From Eubacteriales bacterium (GTDB lineage Bacteria; Bacillota; Clostridia; Lachnospirales; WRAX01): a stretch of DNA of 64,000 bases. A model generated the notes under the pieces. It did not search any database, had not been told where the DNA came from, and was given only the letters and a program-made list of their open reading frames with translations. Every line of letters starts with the position of its first letter. The first letter of the stretch is position 1. Both the position numbers and the translations under genes were made by a program. Positions 36,876 through 47,300 of the stretch are shown piece after piece. The DNA lies in the NCBI GenBank assembly GCA_031550435.1, contig JAVBOO010000005.1, forward strand, positions 34,405-98,404. Reading direction: 5' to 3'.

Positions 36876-36903
36876 GAAGCGATAAAACTCGGACGGTGAA
36901 ACA

Positions 36904-37479
36904 ATGACCACTCAACGTATCCAAAAAAGCGGTATCTACATCAATTCTCGGGACGGCAATTCGATAAGACAGCTCGGAAACGGATTCTTTAATTGCCTTT
37001 CGGAGATATATGACGGAAAATCCCCCATAGTAGTCCTGTGTATCGGGACAGACAGGGCGACAGGAGACAGCCTCGGGCCTTTGACCGGCACTTCCCTTTC
37101 CAAGCACAGTTACAAAAACGTTAAGCTCTTCGGAACTTTGGACTGCCCTGTCCACGCTCTAAACTTGAAAGAAACACTCGTAAAAATACACTCGCTTTGT
37201 GAAAACCCATTTATTGTCGCGGTTGACGCTTCTCTGGGCACAAGCGAAAAAATCGGTTACCTGAGACTGGACCGTGGTTCGCTTGAGCCCGGTCTGAGCT
37301 TGAACAAAAAACTGCCGCCGGTAGGCAACATGCACATTACCGGCGTCGTTAATTTCAGCGGAATGATGGAAATGCTCATACTCCAAACAACAAAGCTCAG
37401 CACTGTAATAAAAATGTCCGAAGTGATTTCCGGCGGAATTCGCTTCGGACTGTCTAAGCTGGCGTTCGGTATCGGCTGA
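36904..37479 (+). CDS. yyaC: Sporulation protein YyaC (putative spore protease, DUF1256)
   Basis: CIGTDRATGDSLGPLTG and VDASLG motifs. Confidence 0.8.
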   Translation: MTTQRIQKSGIYINSRDGNSIRQLGNGFFNCLSEIYDGKSPIVVLCIGTDRATGDSLGPLTGTSLSKHSYKNVKLFGTLDCPVHALNLKETLVKIHSLCENPFIVAVDASLGTSEKIGYLRLDRGSLEPGLSLNKKLPPVGNMHITGVVNFSGMMEMLILQTTKLSTVIKMSEVISGGIRFGLSKLAFGIG

Positions 37480-37540
37480 CACATGCAGGCAATACGCTTC
37501 TCGCGTTTTTTCGCCAAAGCCGAATTTTGCTTGCGGCTAA

Positions 37541-38395
37541 TTAATCCGCAAAATATATGTTTTTGTTTGAGTCCATTTCGAGACTGTTCCCCAGTCGGAC
37601 AAAATAACCGGGAGATATATACGTCCTATCCTTTATTATCTTGACCTGATATCCTCTGACAGTCGTTGTGTTCGGACCGGCGACAAAACTGTCCTTTGTT
37701 GCGCCTTTTTGGACGGTAACCGTGTTTGTCGCCGCGTTCCATGAAACTTTGTAGCCGAGCGCTTCACTGACTTCTCGGAGCGGAACAAGATAAGACGTGC
37801 CGACAACCTGGACTTTGTTCTTTAATGGCTTTCCCACGACAAAAACTGTATAGCTGAACTCAATCGTCTGGTTCGGCGGCAAGGTCAGACATTCCTTCAT
37901 CAGATCGACCGAACCGATACGGCTTATGCAAAACTTAAAAACATTCCTGTAATACTCGTATGAAAACGTATTTTCCTTTTTTTCAAATGCAAAGACATAG
38001 TCTTTTGTTCTGAAAATCTCTTCACAGCCGAGGTTGGAGCTCCAAGCAAGCTTTTTAAACGCATAAAGCGAGCCGAGAAGCTTTGGGCTTTCAGGGTACT
38101 TGGGATCCAAATCGGGGTTGCAGTATAAATTTATCTTTTCGAGCAAAGGTTGGTTCGTACCGTAAATTTCGCGTTCGGCAGTGATATACTCAAGTATGGC
38201 TTCGGGTATCTGCAAATAGTAGCCCACGCGTTCTCCGACAATCTTTCCGTTTCTTATTTCGACTTTTGATGTTGTCTTGACGACCGAATCCGTCATTTCT
38301 TCGTTCGGCTGCTTCGCAAATACATACGCTCCTGAGAAAGAAGAGGAAAAAAGCATTACCGCGGCTGCAAAAAATATAATGTATCTGCTTTTCAT
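37541..38395 (-). CDS. Secreted protein with a C-terminal copper-amine-oxidase N-terminal-like (stalk) domain
   Basis: Signal peptide MKSRYIIFFAAAVMLFSSSFSGAYVFA and C-terminal YLVPLREVSEALGYKVSWNAATNTVTV. GGGGGAGG RBS at the 38395 start. Confidence 0.65.
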   Translation of the reverse strand: MKSRYIIFFAAAVMLFSSSFSGAYVFAKQPNEEMTDSVVKTTSKVEIRNGKIVGERVGYYLQIPEAILEYITAEREIYGTNQPLLEKINLYCNPDLDPKYPESPKLLGSLYAFKKLAWSSNLGCEEIFRTKDYVFAFEKKENTFSYEYYRNVFKFCISRIGSVDLMKECLTLPPNQTIEFSYTVFVVGKPLKNKVQVVGTSYLVPLREVSEALGYKVSWNAATNTVTVQKGATKDSFVAGPNTTTVRGYQVKIIKDRTYISPGYFVRLGNSLEMDSNKNIYFAD

Positions 38396-38766
38396 ATAAC
38401 CTCCCCCGAAAATTGTAACATTAATACATAATTTAAGCCCTTTGAGGCGTTTGCTCGCATAGTTCAACTCTTTACAGGTCAAACGGCCTATATCGAGATT
38501 TAACATATACATACGCAACGTCCGGCCTAATGTTCCGTCAAAATTTTGTTTTCTCCGATTTAACCACGGGACAAGCACTGACACAAGCTTGAGAATATCG
38601 GCTTTCCGCTTGGTCTATATGTGCTGCCTGTCTTTTTACAAACATATTTATTAAGACGCAATTAAACCATTCGATAAACTTGTCGCCTCGATCACCTTAG
38701 ACCTGCATAGCCGGTATAATGGTGATTAAACCGCATGGTTTAACCGGGGGTTCAACAAGCAGTTCG

Positions 38767-40203
38767 TCAGATAATATACGCGCTCTTCTTTACGGGCTTT
38801 TGGTCAAGAGCCTTTTTCTTTTCTTCATAGCCCGGCCTGCCGAACATCGCGTATGTAGCGTTTTTACCTTCCTCAACTCCGGGCTGGTCAAACGCGTTTA
38901 TGTTCATCAGTTCCCCGGCAAAGCCCGTGGCGACTTCGAACATATATAAAAGCTGGCCTATCGTAAACTCGTTTACTTTCGGAAGCGTTATCGTCATATT
39001 CATTTTGCCCGATACAGTCAATGCATATTCAGTCGCAAGCTGTTCAACCTGAATGAGCTTATTTTGAGTTGCGCCTCCGAGAAAACCTATCGAAGGTATA
39101 TCGGCAAAAATCTTAGGTATAGTAATAGTTTCTCTGTACTCGTCTACACCGATGAGCACTATCATCTTATCAAAAGGCCCTTCGGTATAGAGCTGTACCT
39201 GAGAATGCTGGTCGGTAACCCCAAGCGCACCGACAGGCGTCGGCCCAACGTTTACTGTCTTTCCGTCATTGTCGTATTTTTTTCCGAGAGATTCCGCCCA
39301 GAGCTGTGAATACCAGGCAGCAACATATTTCAGGCTATCGGCGTACGGCATTATTACACCGATATTCTTACCCTTTGCCATACCTAGATAGTGCAGTACA
39401 GCGTACATATACGCAGGATTTTTCGTAACGTCGTCGCTGCTGCACAGCTCATCCATAAATGCCGCTCCCGCAAGCATTTGCTCAATATCAACCCCGCACA
39501 TTGCCGCAGGCAGCAATCCGACAGGCGTAAGCTCGGAAAATCTTCCTCCGACTCCGGAAGGTATAATAAAGATTTTGTTGCCGTCCTGTTTTGCTATCTT
39601 TATCAAATTACCGCCGACAGCGTCCGTCGTCGCAACTATATGCTTTTTCGCCTCGTCTTTCCCGAGCTTTTCCTCAAGTATATCCCTGATTATCATATAC
39701 TGAGACATAGTCTCGGATGTGCTTCCCGATTTTGAGATAACATTGAAAAGCGTCTTTGTAACGTCGATAGTGTCGAACAGATATACAAGACCCTCCGGAT
39801 CGACATTGTCGCAAACATAGAACTTCGGGAAACCGTTTCTTTTTTCTCTCGTAAGTTCGTTGTAAAACGGATGGTTAATCGCTCTTTGAACCGCCATCGG
39901 GCCTAGGGCCGAACCGCCGATTCCGAGAACAACAAAAGCCTCGAATTCATCTTTAACTTCATTGACATAAGCGATAATCTCTTTCGCGACTTCCGCATGG
40001 TTATACGGCAAGTCTCTCCAATCCATACCGCCGTTCTTTCTCTTCTCTTTCATAGCGGAGCAGGCGGATTCGATTTTAGTTGAAAGCGCCTTGATTTCGG
40101 AAGGATCTATGCCTTCTCTCCCGACAAATTCGGTCAGCATGTTGTTATAGTCCATACGTATTTTCATAGCTTCTTTAAATTCTTTATTCTCGTACTCTCT
40201 CAT
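38767..40203 (-). CDS. pgi: Glucose-6-phosphate isomerase
   Basis: VLGIGGSALGP, SKSGSTSET and GGRFSELT motifs. Confidence 0.9.
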   Translation of the reverse strand: MREYENKEFKEAMKIRMDYNNMLTEFVGREGIDPSEIKALSTKIESACSAMKEKRKNGGMDWRDLPYNHAEVAKEIIAYVNEVKDEFEAFVVLGIGGSALGPMAVQRAINHPFYNELTREKRNGFPKFYVCDNVDPEGLVYLFDTIDVTKTLFNVISKSGSTSETMSQYMIIRDILEEKLGKDEAKKHIVATTDAVGGNLIKIAKQDGNKIFIIPSGVGGRFSELTPVGLLPAAMCGVDIEQMLAGAAFMDELCSSDDVTKNPAYMYAVLHYLGMAKGKNIGVIMPYADSLKYVAAWYSQLWAESLGKKYDNDGKTVNVGPTPVGALGVTDQHSQVQLYTEGPFDKMIVLIGVDEYRETITIPKIFADIPSIGFLGGATQNKLIQVEQLATEYALTVSGKMNMTITLPKVNEFTIGQLLYMFEVATGFAGELMNINAFDQPGVEEGKNATYAMFGRPGYEEKKKALDQKPVKKSAYII

Positions 40204-40256
40204 AACAAACCTCCGCAAATTTAGTATTTTGTATGATTCCGTGACTAAAACGAAGC

Positions 40257-41300
40257 TTAATCCGGCAGCTCGTCCAGCGTTTTAAACTCAAAACCGTTGT
40301 TCAGCAGCGCGTCGATGATGTACGGCAGCGCTTGCGCGTTCGACTCGGAAACGGCATGAAGCAACACAATCGCGCCGTTATGCATGTGGGTTACCGTTGT
40401 GTTAAATGCTTTCGCCATGCCGGGCTGAGCGCTTGTGTCCCAATCTTTATACGCAAAACTCCAAAAAATGCTCTTATATCCCATCCTGTCGGTTATATCA
40501 AGAGTTCTCGCGCTGTACTCACCCATAGGCGGACGGAAATACGGCGCAATATCTCTGCCTGTTTTCTCTTTGAAATACCTTGCCAACTCAGCAAGTTCGT
40601 ATTCCATCTCTGAATCCGTAAGATCCGGAGAGCTTTTATGATTTACGCTGTGCGAGCATACCAAATGACCTTCATCGAGCATTCGCGTTACCAAGTCCAA
40701 ATTTGACTCCACAAAAGGTTTTGTCACGAAAAAAGCAGCTTTTATACCTTTGTCCTTCAAGCAGTCCAAAATCGCCGGTGTAAAACCGTTTTCGTAGCCC
40801 ACGTCAAACGTGAGATAAATCTCCCTTTGAGTTATATCACCGAGATAATACCCGTTAAATTCCCTGATATCAAACTTACTCTGAGCCGTCGGAGGCAGGT
40901 AATTATCGTTTATGCCGAAATACCACGCCATTTTTTCGTTTGAAAGCACATTGTCTCCCGTGATCGGGCTGCCGTATTTTGACGGATACGGGCTGTTCGG
41001 GTTCTCAGGCAAATTCAGCTTAATATCAGTGTTTATACTTTCGACATGTTTTTCTGTCGTCTTTTCTGTCGGAGCCTCAGTCTCCGGCGCCGCGGTCTGT
41101 GTCGGCACGGTTGTAGCCGGCGCCGCGGTCTTAGGTTCCGGCGTACTTGTTTTCGGCTTTTCCGTCGGAGCGGCCGTCGGCGAAACTATTTCCACGATAA
41201 AAGGTGATTCTGTTTCACCCGTGTATGTTTCAAGAGTGCAGCCGGAAAATGCAAGCGATAACACGCATATCGCTCCGACAATCGTTTTGTTAAGCTTCAA
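40257..41300 (-). CDS. pdaA: Delta-lactam-biosynthetic de-N-acetylase-like polysaccharide deacetylase lipoprotein
   Basis: Lipobox LAFSGC, P/T/A-rich linker and NodB domain YLTFDVGYENGFTP..FFVT..EGHLVCSHSVNH, close to the PdaA pattern. TTG start at 41300 with a GAGGTG RBS. Confidence 0.75.
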   Translation of the reverse strand: MKLNKTIVGAICVLSLAFSGCTLETYTGETESPFIVEIVSPTAAPTEKPKTSTPEPKTAAPATTVPTQTAAPETEAPTEKTTEKHVESINTDIKLNLPENPNSPYPSKYGSPITGDNVLSNEKMAWYFGINDNYLPPTAQSKFDIREFNGYYLGDITQREIYLTFDVGYENGFTPAILDCLKDKGIKAAFFVTKPFVESNLDLVTRMLDEGHLVCSHSVNHKSSPDLTDSEMEYELAELARYFKEKTGRDIAPYFRPPMGEYSARTLDITDRMGYKSIFWSFAYKDWDTSAQPGMAKAFNTTVTHMHNGAIVLLHAVSESNAQALPYIIDALLNNGFEFKTLDELPD

Positions 41301-41423
41301 ATTTTTGCACCTCAAATATAAATAATATGAGTAAATTTGTTTAGCACACTGTAATACTATACCATAAAACATAACAAAGTAAAACATATTCGGCAAAAAC
41401 AACAAAGCTTATAAGGAAGTGTT

Positions 41424-41471
41424 GAAAATCGAGCACGAAACCCACTTTAGCGGGTTTCGTGCTCGATTTTC
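41424..41471 (-). terminator. Long perfect hairpin (20-bp stem) after tkt
   Basis: gaaaatcgagcacgaaaccc-actttagc-gggtttcgtgctcgattttc. Confidence 0.55.
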
Positions 41472-41593
41472 AAGGGAAAGCCGCAAGGCGATTTTTCGAC
41501 ATGCCCTATAAACGACTGAGCAAAACATGTAAAAATACCCGGCAGCCGAGGACAATAGCTCGGTTTGCCGGGTATATCGCTTTAAGTTTTGTA

Positions 41594-43579
41594 TTACCTT
41601 GCGTAAAGCTCTTCCGCGCGTTTAACAACATTTTCAACCGTGAAGCCGAATTCCGCGAACAAAGTCGCCGCGGGCGCAGAAGCTCCAAATGTGTCAATGG
41701 CGATTATTTCGCCGTCCAAGCCCGTGTATTTATGCCAGCCGAAAGAAGAGCCGGCTTCAACCGCGAGACGTTTTCTGACGTTCGAAGGCAGCACGCTCTG
41801 CTTATAATCGTCAGGCTGCTCCTCAAATACTTCAAACGACATCATTGATACAACTCTCGAGTCTATGCCTTTTCTGAGCAGCTCTCCGTGAGCCTTGTAT
41901 ATTAACTCTGTTTCCGAGCCTGACGCAAGAAGTATCATATCGGGAACGGATTTTTTACTGTCGATTAATATATAACCGCCTTTCAGGCTGTCTTTGCCTG
42001 TTTCAGGCAGAAGCGTCGTGTTTTGCCTTGTCAAAACCAGCACACTGGGAGACTTTGTTCTCGTAAGCGCAAGATACCAGGCAGCAGCGGTTTCCTTCGA
42101 ATCGCATGGACGCAAAACGGTCATGTTCGGCATACTTCTCAAGGCTGCAAGCTGTTCGATCGGTTCGTGCGTCGGACCGTCCTCTCCGACGCCTATGGAG
42201 TCGTGCGTCAATATATTGATGACAGGAAGGTTCATTAAAGCCGAAAGTCTCATGGCAGGCTTCATATAGTCGGAGAACACGAAAAATCCCGAGATATACG
42301 GTCTAAGACCGCCGTGCCTGTAAATACCGTTTGCTATCGCAGTCATGGCAAATTCTCTGATACCGAAATGAACGTTTCTGCCCTCCGGAGTCTGCTTTGA
42401 AAAATCGCCCTGCCCCTTCATATACGTCTTTGTCGAAGGCGAAAGATCGGCGGAACCACCGAAAAGGTTCGGGATAACACCGCACAGCTTGTTCAGTACG
42501 GTTTCCGAAGAGACTCTTGTTGCCGTATTGCCCTCGTACTTCCAAAAATCCTCTTTTTCGAATATATCCGGTAATTCTCCGCTGAAGAAGCTTTCGTACA
42601 GAGCATAATCTTCGGGGTATTTAGCCGCGTATTCGAGTTTCAGCTTGTTATATGTCTCCTCTTTCTCGGAAAACTTAACTTGCAGTTCTTTAACTCGTTC
42701 GTAAACCTCTTGCGGTACGACAAAACACTGTTCGGGGTCAAAGCCGAATGCTTGTTTTGTCAGCTTCAACTCGTCTGCTCCGAGCGGTTCGCCGTGAGCA
42801 GACGCTTTGCCCTGCTTGTTCGGAGAGCCGAAGCCGATTTTTGTCTTTATTTCAATAATCGAAGGCTTGTCGCCGACGCTTTTTGCGCGGTTGATCGCTT
42901 CTAGTATCGCCCCGGTGTCATTTCCGTCTTCTACAAGCTCTGTATGCCAGCCGTAAGCGTCATAACGCTTAATAACATTTTCGGTGAAAGCAAGCGCAGT
43001 GTCGCCTTCAATCGTTATGTTATTGCTATCGTATAAAAGAATCAGCTTTCCCAGCCCCAGCGTCCCCGCGAGAGAGCTCGCCTCACCTGAAACGCCCTCT
43101 TCAAGGCAGCCGTCTCCGCATAAAACATAGGTGTAATGGTCTACTAATTTGCAGTCGGCTTTGTTAAATACCCCGGCAAGATGCTTTTCCGCCATTGCCA
43201 TACCGACTGCGTTTGCGATACCCTGTCCCAGAGGCCCGGTCGTAACCTCAACACCCGGAGTATGCCCGAATTCGGGGTGTCCCGGGGTTGAACTCCCGAA
43301 CTGCCTGAAATTTCTCAGGTCATCCGCGGATACTCCGTAACCGAAGATATGCAAGAGCGAATACAAAAGCGCCGAACCGTGTCCGGCTGAAAGTATGAAC
43401 CTATCGCGCTCTCTGAATTCCGGGTTTTTCGGGTTATGAGTCATTACTTCTCCGAAAAGCGTATAGAGTGCCGGCGCAGCCCCAAGCGGCAGGCCGGGAT
43501 GTCCGGAATTAGCTTTCTGGATACTGTCGGCCGCCAAAATGCGAACTGTGTTAATCGATAGTGCTTTAATGTCCTGCAT
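41594..43579 (-). CDS. tkt: Transketolase
   Basis: SGHPG, GDGCLEEG and HDSIGVGEDGPTHEP motifs. GGAGG RBS before the ATG at 43579. Confidence 0.95.
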   Translation of the reverse strand: MQDIKALSINTVRILAADSIQKANSGHPGLPLGAAPALYTLFGEVMTHNPKNPEFRERDRFILSAGHGSALLYSLLHIFGYGVSADDLRNFRQFGSSTPGHPEFGHTPGVEVTTGPLGQGIANAVGMAMAEKHLAGVFNKADCKLVDHYTYVLCGDGCLEEGVSGEASSLAGTLGLGKLILLYDSNNITIEGDTALAFTENVIKRYDAYGWHTELVEDGNDTGAILEAINRAKSVGDKPSIIEIKTKIGFGSPNKQGKASAHGEPLGADELKLTKQAFGFDPEQCFVVPQEVYERVKELQVKFSEKEETYNKLKLEYAAKYPEDYALYESFFSGELPDIFEKEDFWKYEGNTATRVSSETVLNKLCGVIPNLFGGSADLSPSTKTYMKGQGDFSKQTPEGRNVHFGIREFAMTAIANGIYRHGGLRPYISGFFVFSDYMKPAMRLSALMNLPVINILTHDSIGVGEDGPTHEPIEQLAALRSMPNMTVLRPCDSKETAAAWYLALTRTKSPSVLVLTRQNTTLLPETGKDSLKGGYILIDSKKSVPDMILLASGSETELIYKAHGELLRKGIDSRVVSMMSFEVFEEQPDDYKQSVLPSNVRKRLAVEAGSSFGWHKYTGLDGEIIAIDTFGASAPAATLFAEFGFTVENVVKRAEELYAR

Positions 43580-43998
43580 GCTATCCTCCGAAATAAAAAT
43601 TAATTTATGCCGAAAGCTCGGCTTTGTTTTCAAAGTATGCCCCCGGTATATGAGTTTGAACAGCAAAGCAATTTTTCGGCATGCCTATATACCAGACTAG
43701 ATTATTCTAGTGTAAGAATGCATTTTTTGCAAGCCCGTTCGACCTATTTCCATATAATGTAAATTATAATGAATATAGTTAAAGGTTTAATCGGGGGAGC
43801 AATACATGTAAAGCATAACAGTGACTCAGACAACGTTTGGGAACGTTTTTGGCTAAAACGACTATTGGGTTTTGCCTTGAGTTTTACGCCGCCATTGCTT
43901 TTTCAGATGAATAATTGTATACTCTTAAGTAATTGTAAAAATATGAATTGCCGAATTTTGAATATTCACTCTAATTTATTTTCCCTGTAAAGCACACC

Positions 43999-44108
43999 AT
44001 ATTACCGCAGAAGTTAAATGCCGATAAAATACTTACGCGGTTACTTGGGTCTTACAGACGCGCTTAGATACGCCGCAGTGCTTAGGTACGGCGCATCTGC
44101 GGCTAAGC
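43999..44108 (+). repeat. Intergenic repeat family A, copy 2 (about 30 nt inserted relative to copy 1)
   Basis: atattaccgc at 43999-44008 and cgcggttacttgg..gcttagatacgccgcagtgcttaggtacggcgcatctgcgg at 44037-44102 match 731-803. Confidence 0.6.
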
Positions 44109-44328
44109 CGTGGAATACCAAAATATAGTGTTTTCCTATATTTTGTTGCCGAAGTAATATAATCGACAGCCCGATAAGCGAGGTTTGCGGGCTCGGACAC
44201 GAGAGTTTTTTAACACGGCAATTTAAAAAAGTATCTTCAGGAATGCCGGAGATCTGCCTCCGCATTTCAAACAGACAGCACAATATAGACAGACGACATA
44301 AAATACGATAATTTTATCCGGAGGATAT

Positions 44329-47300
44329 ATGTTTCCCTACATAGCGACACTTTTGGCCGGAGCTGTTGCGGCCTGCATTCCCGGTTTCATTGCATATAGG
44401 ACTAAAATAAACAAGATGAAAGCCGAGATGCGATTTCTTGCCATTAAGGCCTCGGTCATGGACTCTATTCCGCACTATATCGCTTTTGACTATCAAGGTG
44501 CAAACGATTTATATACAAACGCCTACGGCAAAAAAATGGCCGGTTTTGACTCGAACGAGAGAACACCAAAAGAAAAAACGCACGACGAAAACGGCCTTCG
44601 CATTATTAGGGATATCGCAATACCTTCAATGGAAAAAAACGGAGTTTGGCACGGAGAAAACGAACTTGTACGAAAAGACGGTTCAAAAGTACAGGTGAGA
44701 CAGGTCATGTTTCCTATTCTTGACTCGGACGGAAAGCGCGCGGGAATCGGAACCGTCATGTCTGATATTACGGAAGAAAAAGCGCTCAGGCATGAACTTT
44801 ACACAAAATCTTCCGTTGTTAATTATTCCGATAACTGCATAATCGCTATTGACATAAACAGAAAAATACTGTTTTCGAACCGGGCATCCCTGCATGTTCT
44901 GGGTTACCACCCGAGCGAAATATGCGCAGATACTCCGCTTTCGTTTTTGTTTCCGGAAAACTCCGAGCAAGAGATTGACAAGCTTTTTTCCGGTCTGTCC
45001 GACAGAAATGCTCGTCACAGCTCCACAAAGATGAAAAAAAAGGACGGAACCGTTATTATCGCGGATTTAAACGTTTTTCAGCTTTTTGAGGACGGGCAAA
45101 ACGCTTCCGGCTACGGTTTTATTATAAGCGATATCACAGAAGATAAAAAGAAAGAGCAAGAGCTGCTGATTAAATCCGCCTTCATTGATTACGCGATTAA
45201 CGGCATGACGGCGCGCAGAACGGACAGTGAATCCGTATTTGCAAATCCCAAGCTTTATGAGCTCTCCGGTTACCCGGAGAACGACGAAAGTTACAGTTTT
45301 CTTCAAACACTGTATGGGGCAGACGTCGCTGCAGAAATTGCCAAAGCTCATGATGAATGTATGATCTCTTCTTCGCCCTGGAGAAAAGAAACTGTTCTTA
45401 ACCGCAAAGACGGAACAAAGCTGAATGTTGATTTGCAGATTTTCCCGATTGCGGGTGAATCCGGAAAGACGGAATTCGTCGGTACGCTTGTCAGCGATAT
45501 AACAGAGCTTAACAATGCAAAACGAGAAGCTTTAAAAGTAAACGAAACTCTCGAAATTGCACTTGCAAACTCGAACGCAGGTGTTTGGGAAATTGACTAT
45601 ACGTCTAAAATGACGAATTACGACAAAAACACGGCCGGGATGTTCGGTCTGGACCCCGAAAACCGCTTTGTAACAAACGAAGAATTATTTGTGCATCTTA
45701 ATAGAGTAATGGTTGACCTATCGGGAACCGATTTCTTTAAAGGCCTTTTGGGCAACGATATAGATGTTAGCAACATAAACAAGGACTTCAAGCTACTTTT
45801 GCCGAGCGGGGAAATCTACTATGTCAAGAACTTCGGAAAAACGATAAGAGGCAGGGACGGAGTCGCGCTCAGGACTATCGGAATGACCATGGATGTAACG
45901 GACTATGTTACACTCGAGAATGAACTGAAAAAGTCAAAAGAGGCCGCGGAAGCCGCAAATTTGGCGAAAAGCCAGTTCTTGTCAAACATGAGCCATGAAA
46001 TAAGAACACCGATGAACGCAATTATAGGCATGACCAGAATGGCAAAATCTTCGTCCGATTTGGCAAAAATACGTTCTTACCTTTCAAAGGTTGAGCTTTC
46101 GTCCGAACAGCTTTTAAATATCATAAACGATATACTCGATATATCCAAAATCGAATCCGGTAAGATGGAGCTGTATAACGAAGTTTTTGACATAGAAAAA
46201 GTTGTTTCGAACATCACAAATATAATCTCGGTAAAGGCCGAGGAAAAGCATCACGAGTTAATAGTGAAGATAGACGCAAATGTTCCCAGGAATCTGTGCG
46301 GTGACTCTAACCATTTTACCCAGGTACTGATAAATCTGCTTTCAAATGCCGTAAAATTCACAGACAATGAAGGTAAAATCACTCTTTCCGTATCGGTGCA
46401 GAGTATGGCCGACAGACGCGTTGTTCTTCATACTGCTATAAAAGACAGCGGTATAGGGATAACCCCGGAACAGCAAACGTTCTTGTTCAAATCATTCTCT
46501 CAGGCCGACAGCAGTATAACAAAGCGTTTCGGTGGCACGGGGCTCGGGCTTGCGATTTCGAAAAAACTCGTTGAAATGATGGGCGGAGAAATAAGCGTTC
46601 AGAGTGAATACGGAGTCGGCAGCACGTTCAGCTTCACCGTTAACTTCGGCATTGCCGACGACCAGTCGTCAGGCCTGTTTATGGTACTGAAAAACAAGAT
46701 GGAAAAGGTTAACATACTCGTTGTCGATGACAGCGTCGAAATAATATCATATGCGGAAGCTATACTGACAAATGTAGGAATATCGTGCGTTACGGCTACA
46801 GACGGCCTCGAAGCTGTCGAAACCGTTCAAAGGCTCGCCGGCACAAAACAGGAGATTAATCTGGTTTTTGTGGATTATAAAATGGACGGCATCGACGGTA
46901 TAGAAACTACAAAACTGATAAAGAAAATTAATCCCGACATTAACGTAGTCCTTATGTCTATGTACGACATGGAAAAAATTGAGCGCGACGCGGTTTTAAG
47001 CGGTGTTACAAAGTTCTTGGGTAAGCCGCTGTTCCCCTCTGCCATGATTAAGGTAATCAATGAAATAGTGGGAGTTAAGACTCAGGAAGCAAGTCCCGAA
47101 GTAATACAAACCAACAACTTCGAAGGCAAATGCGTTCTTGTATTTGAAGATATCGAAATTAACAGAGAAGTACTCAGATATATACTGGAACCTACGGGCA
47201 TCAATATGATTACCGCGGTTGACGGTGAAAACGGGCTGAATATTTACCTGAGCAGCCCGGAAATGTTTGACATGATTTTTATGGATATACAGATGCCCGT

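Noticed and set aside
43769-43990. 73-aa ORF in the long gap upstream of the hybrid kinase
   Set aside because: There is no RBS, the codon usage is AT-rich, and no domain is recognisable. The region is probably non-coding.
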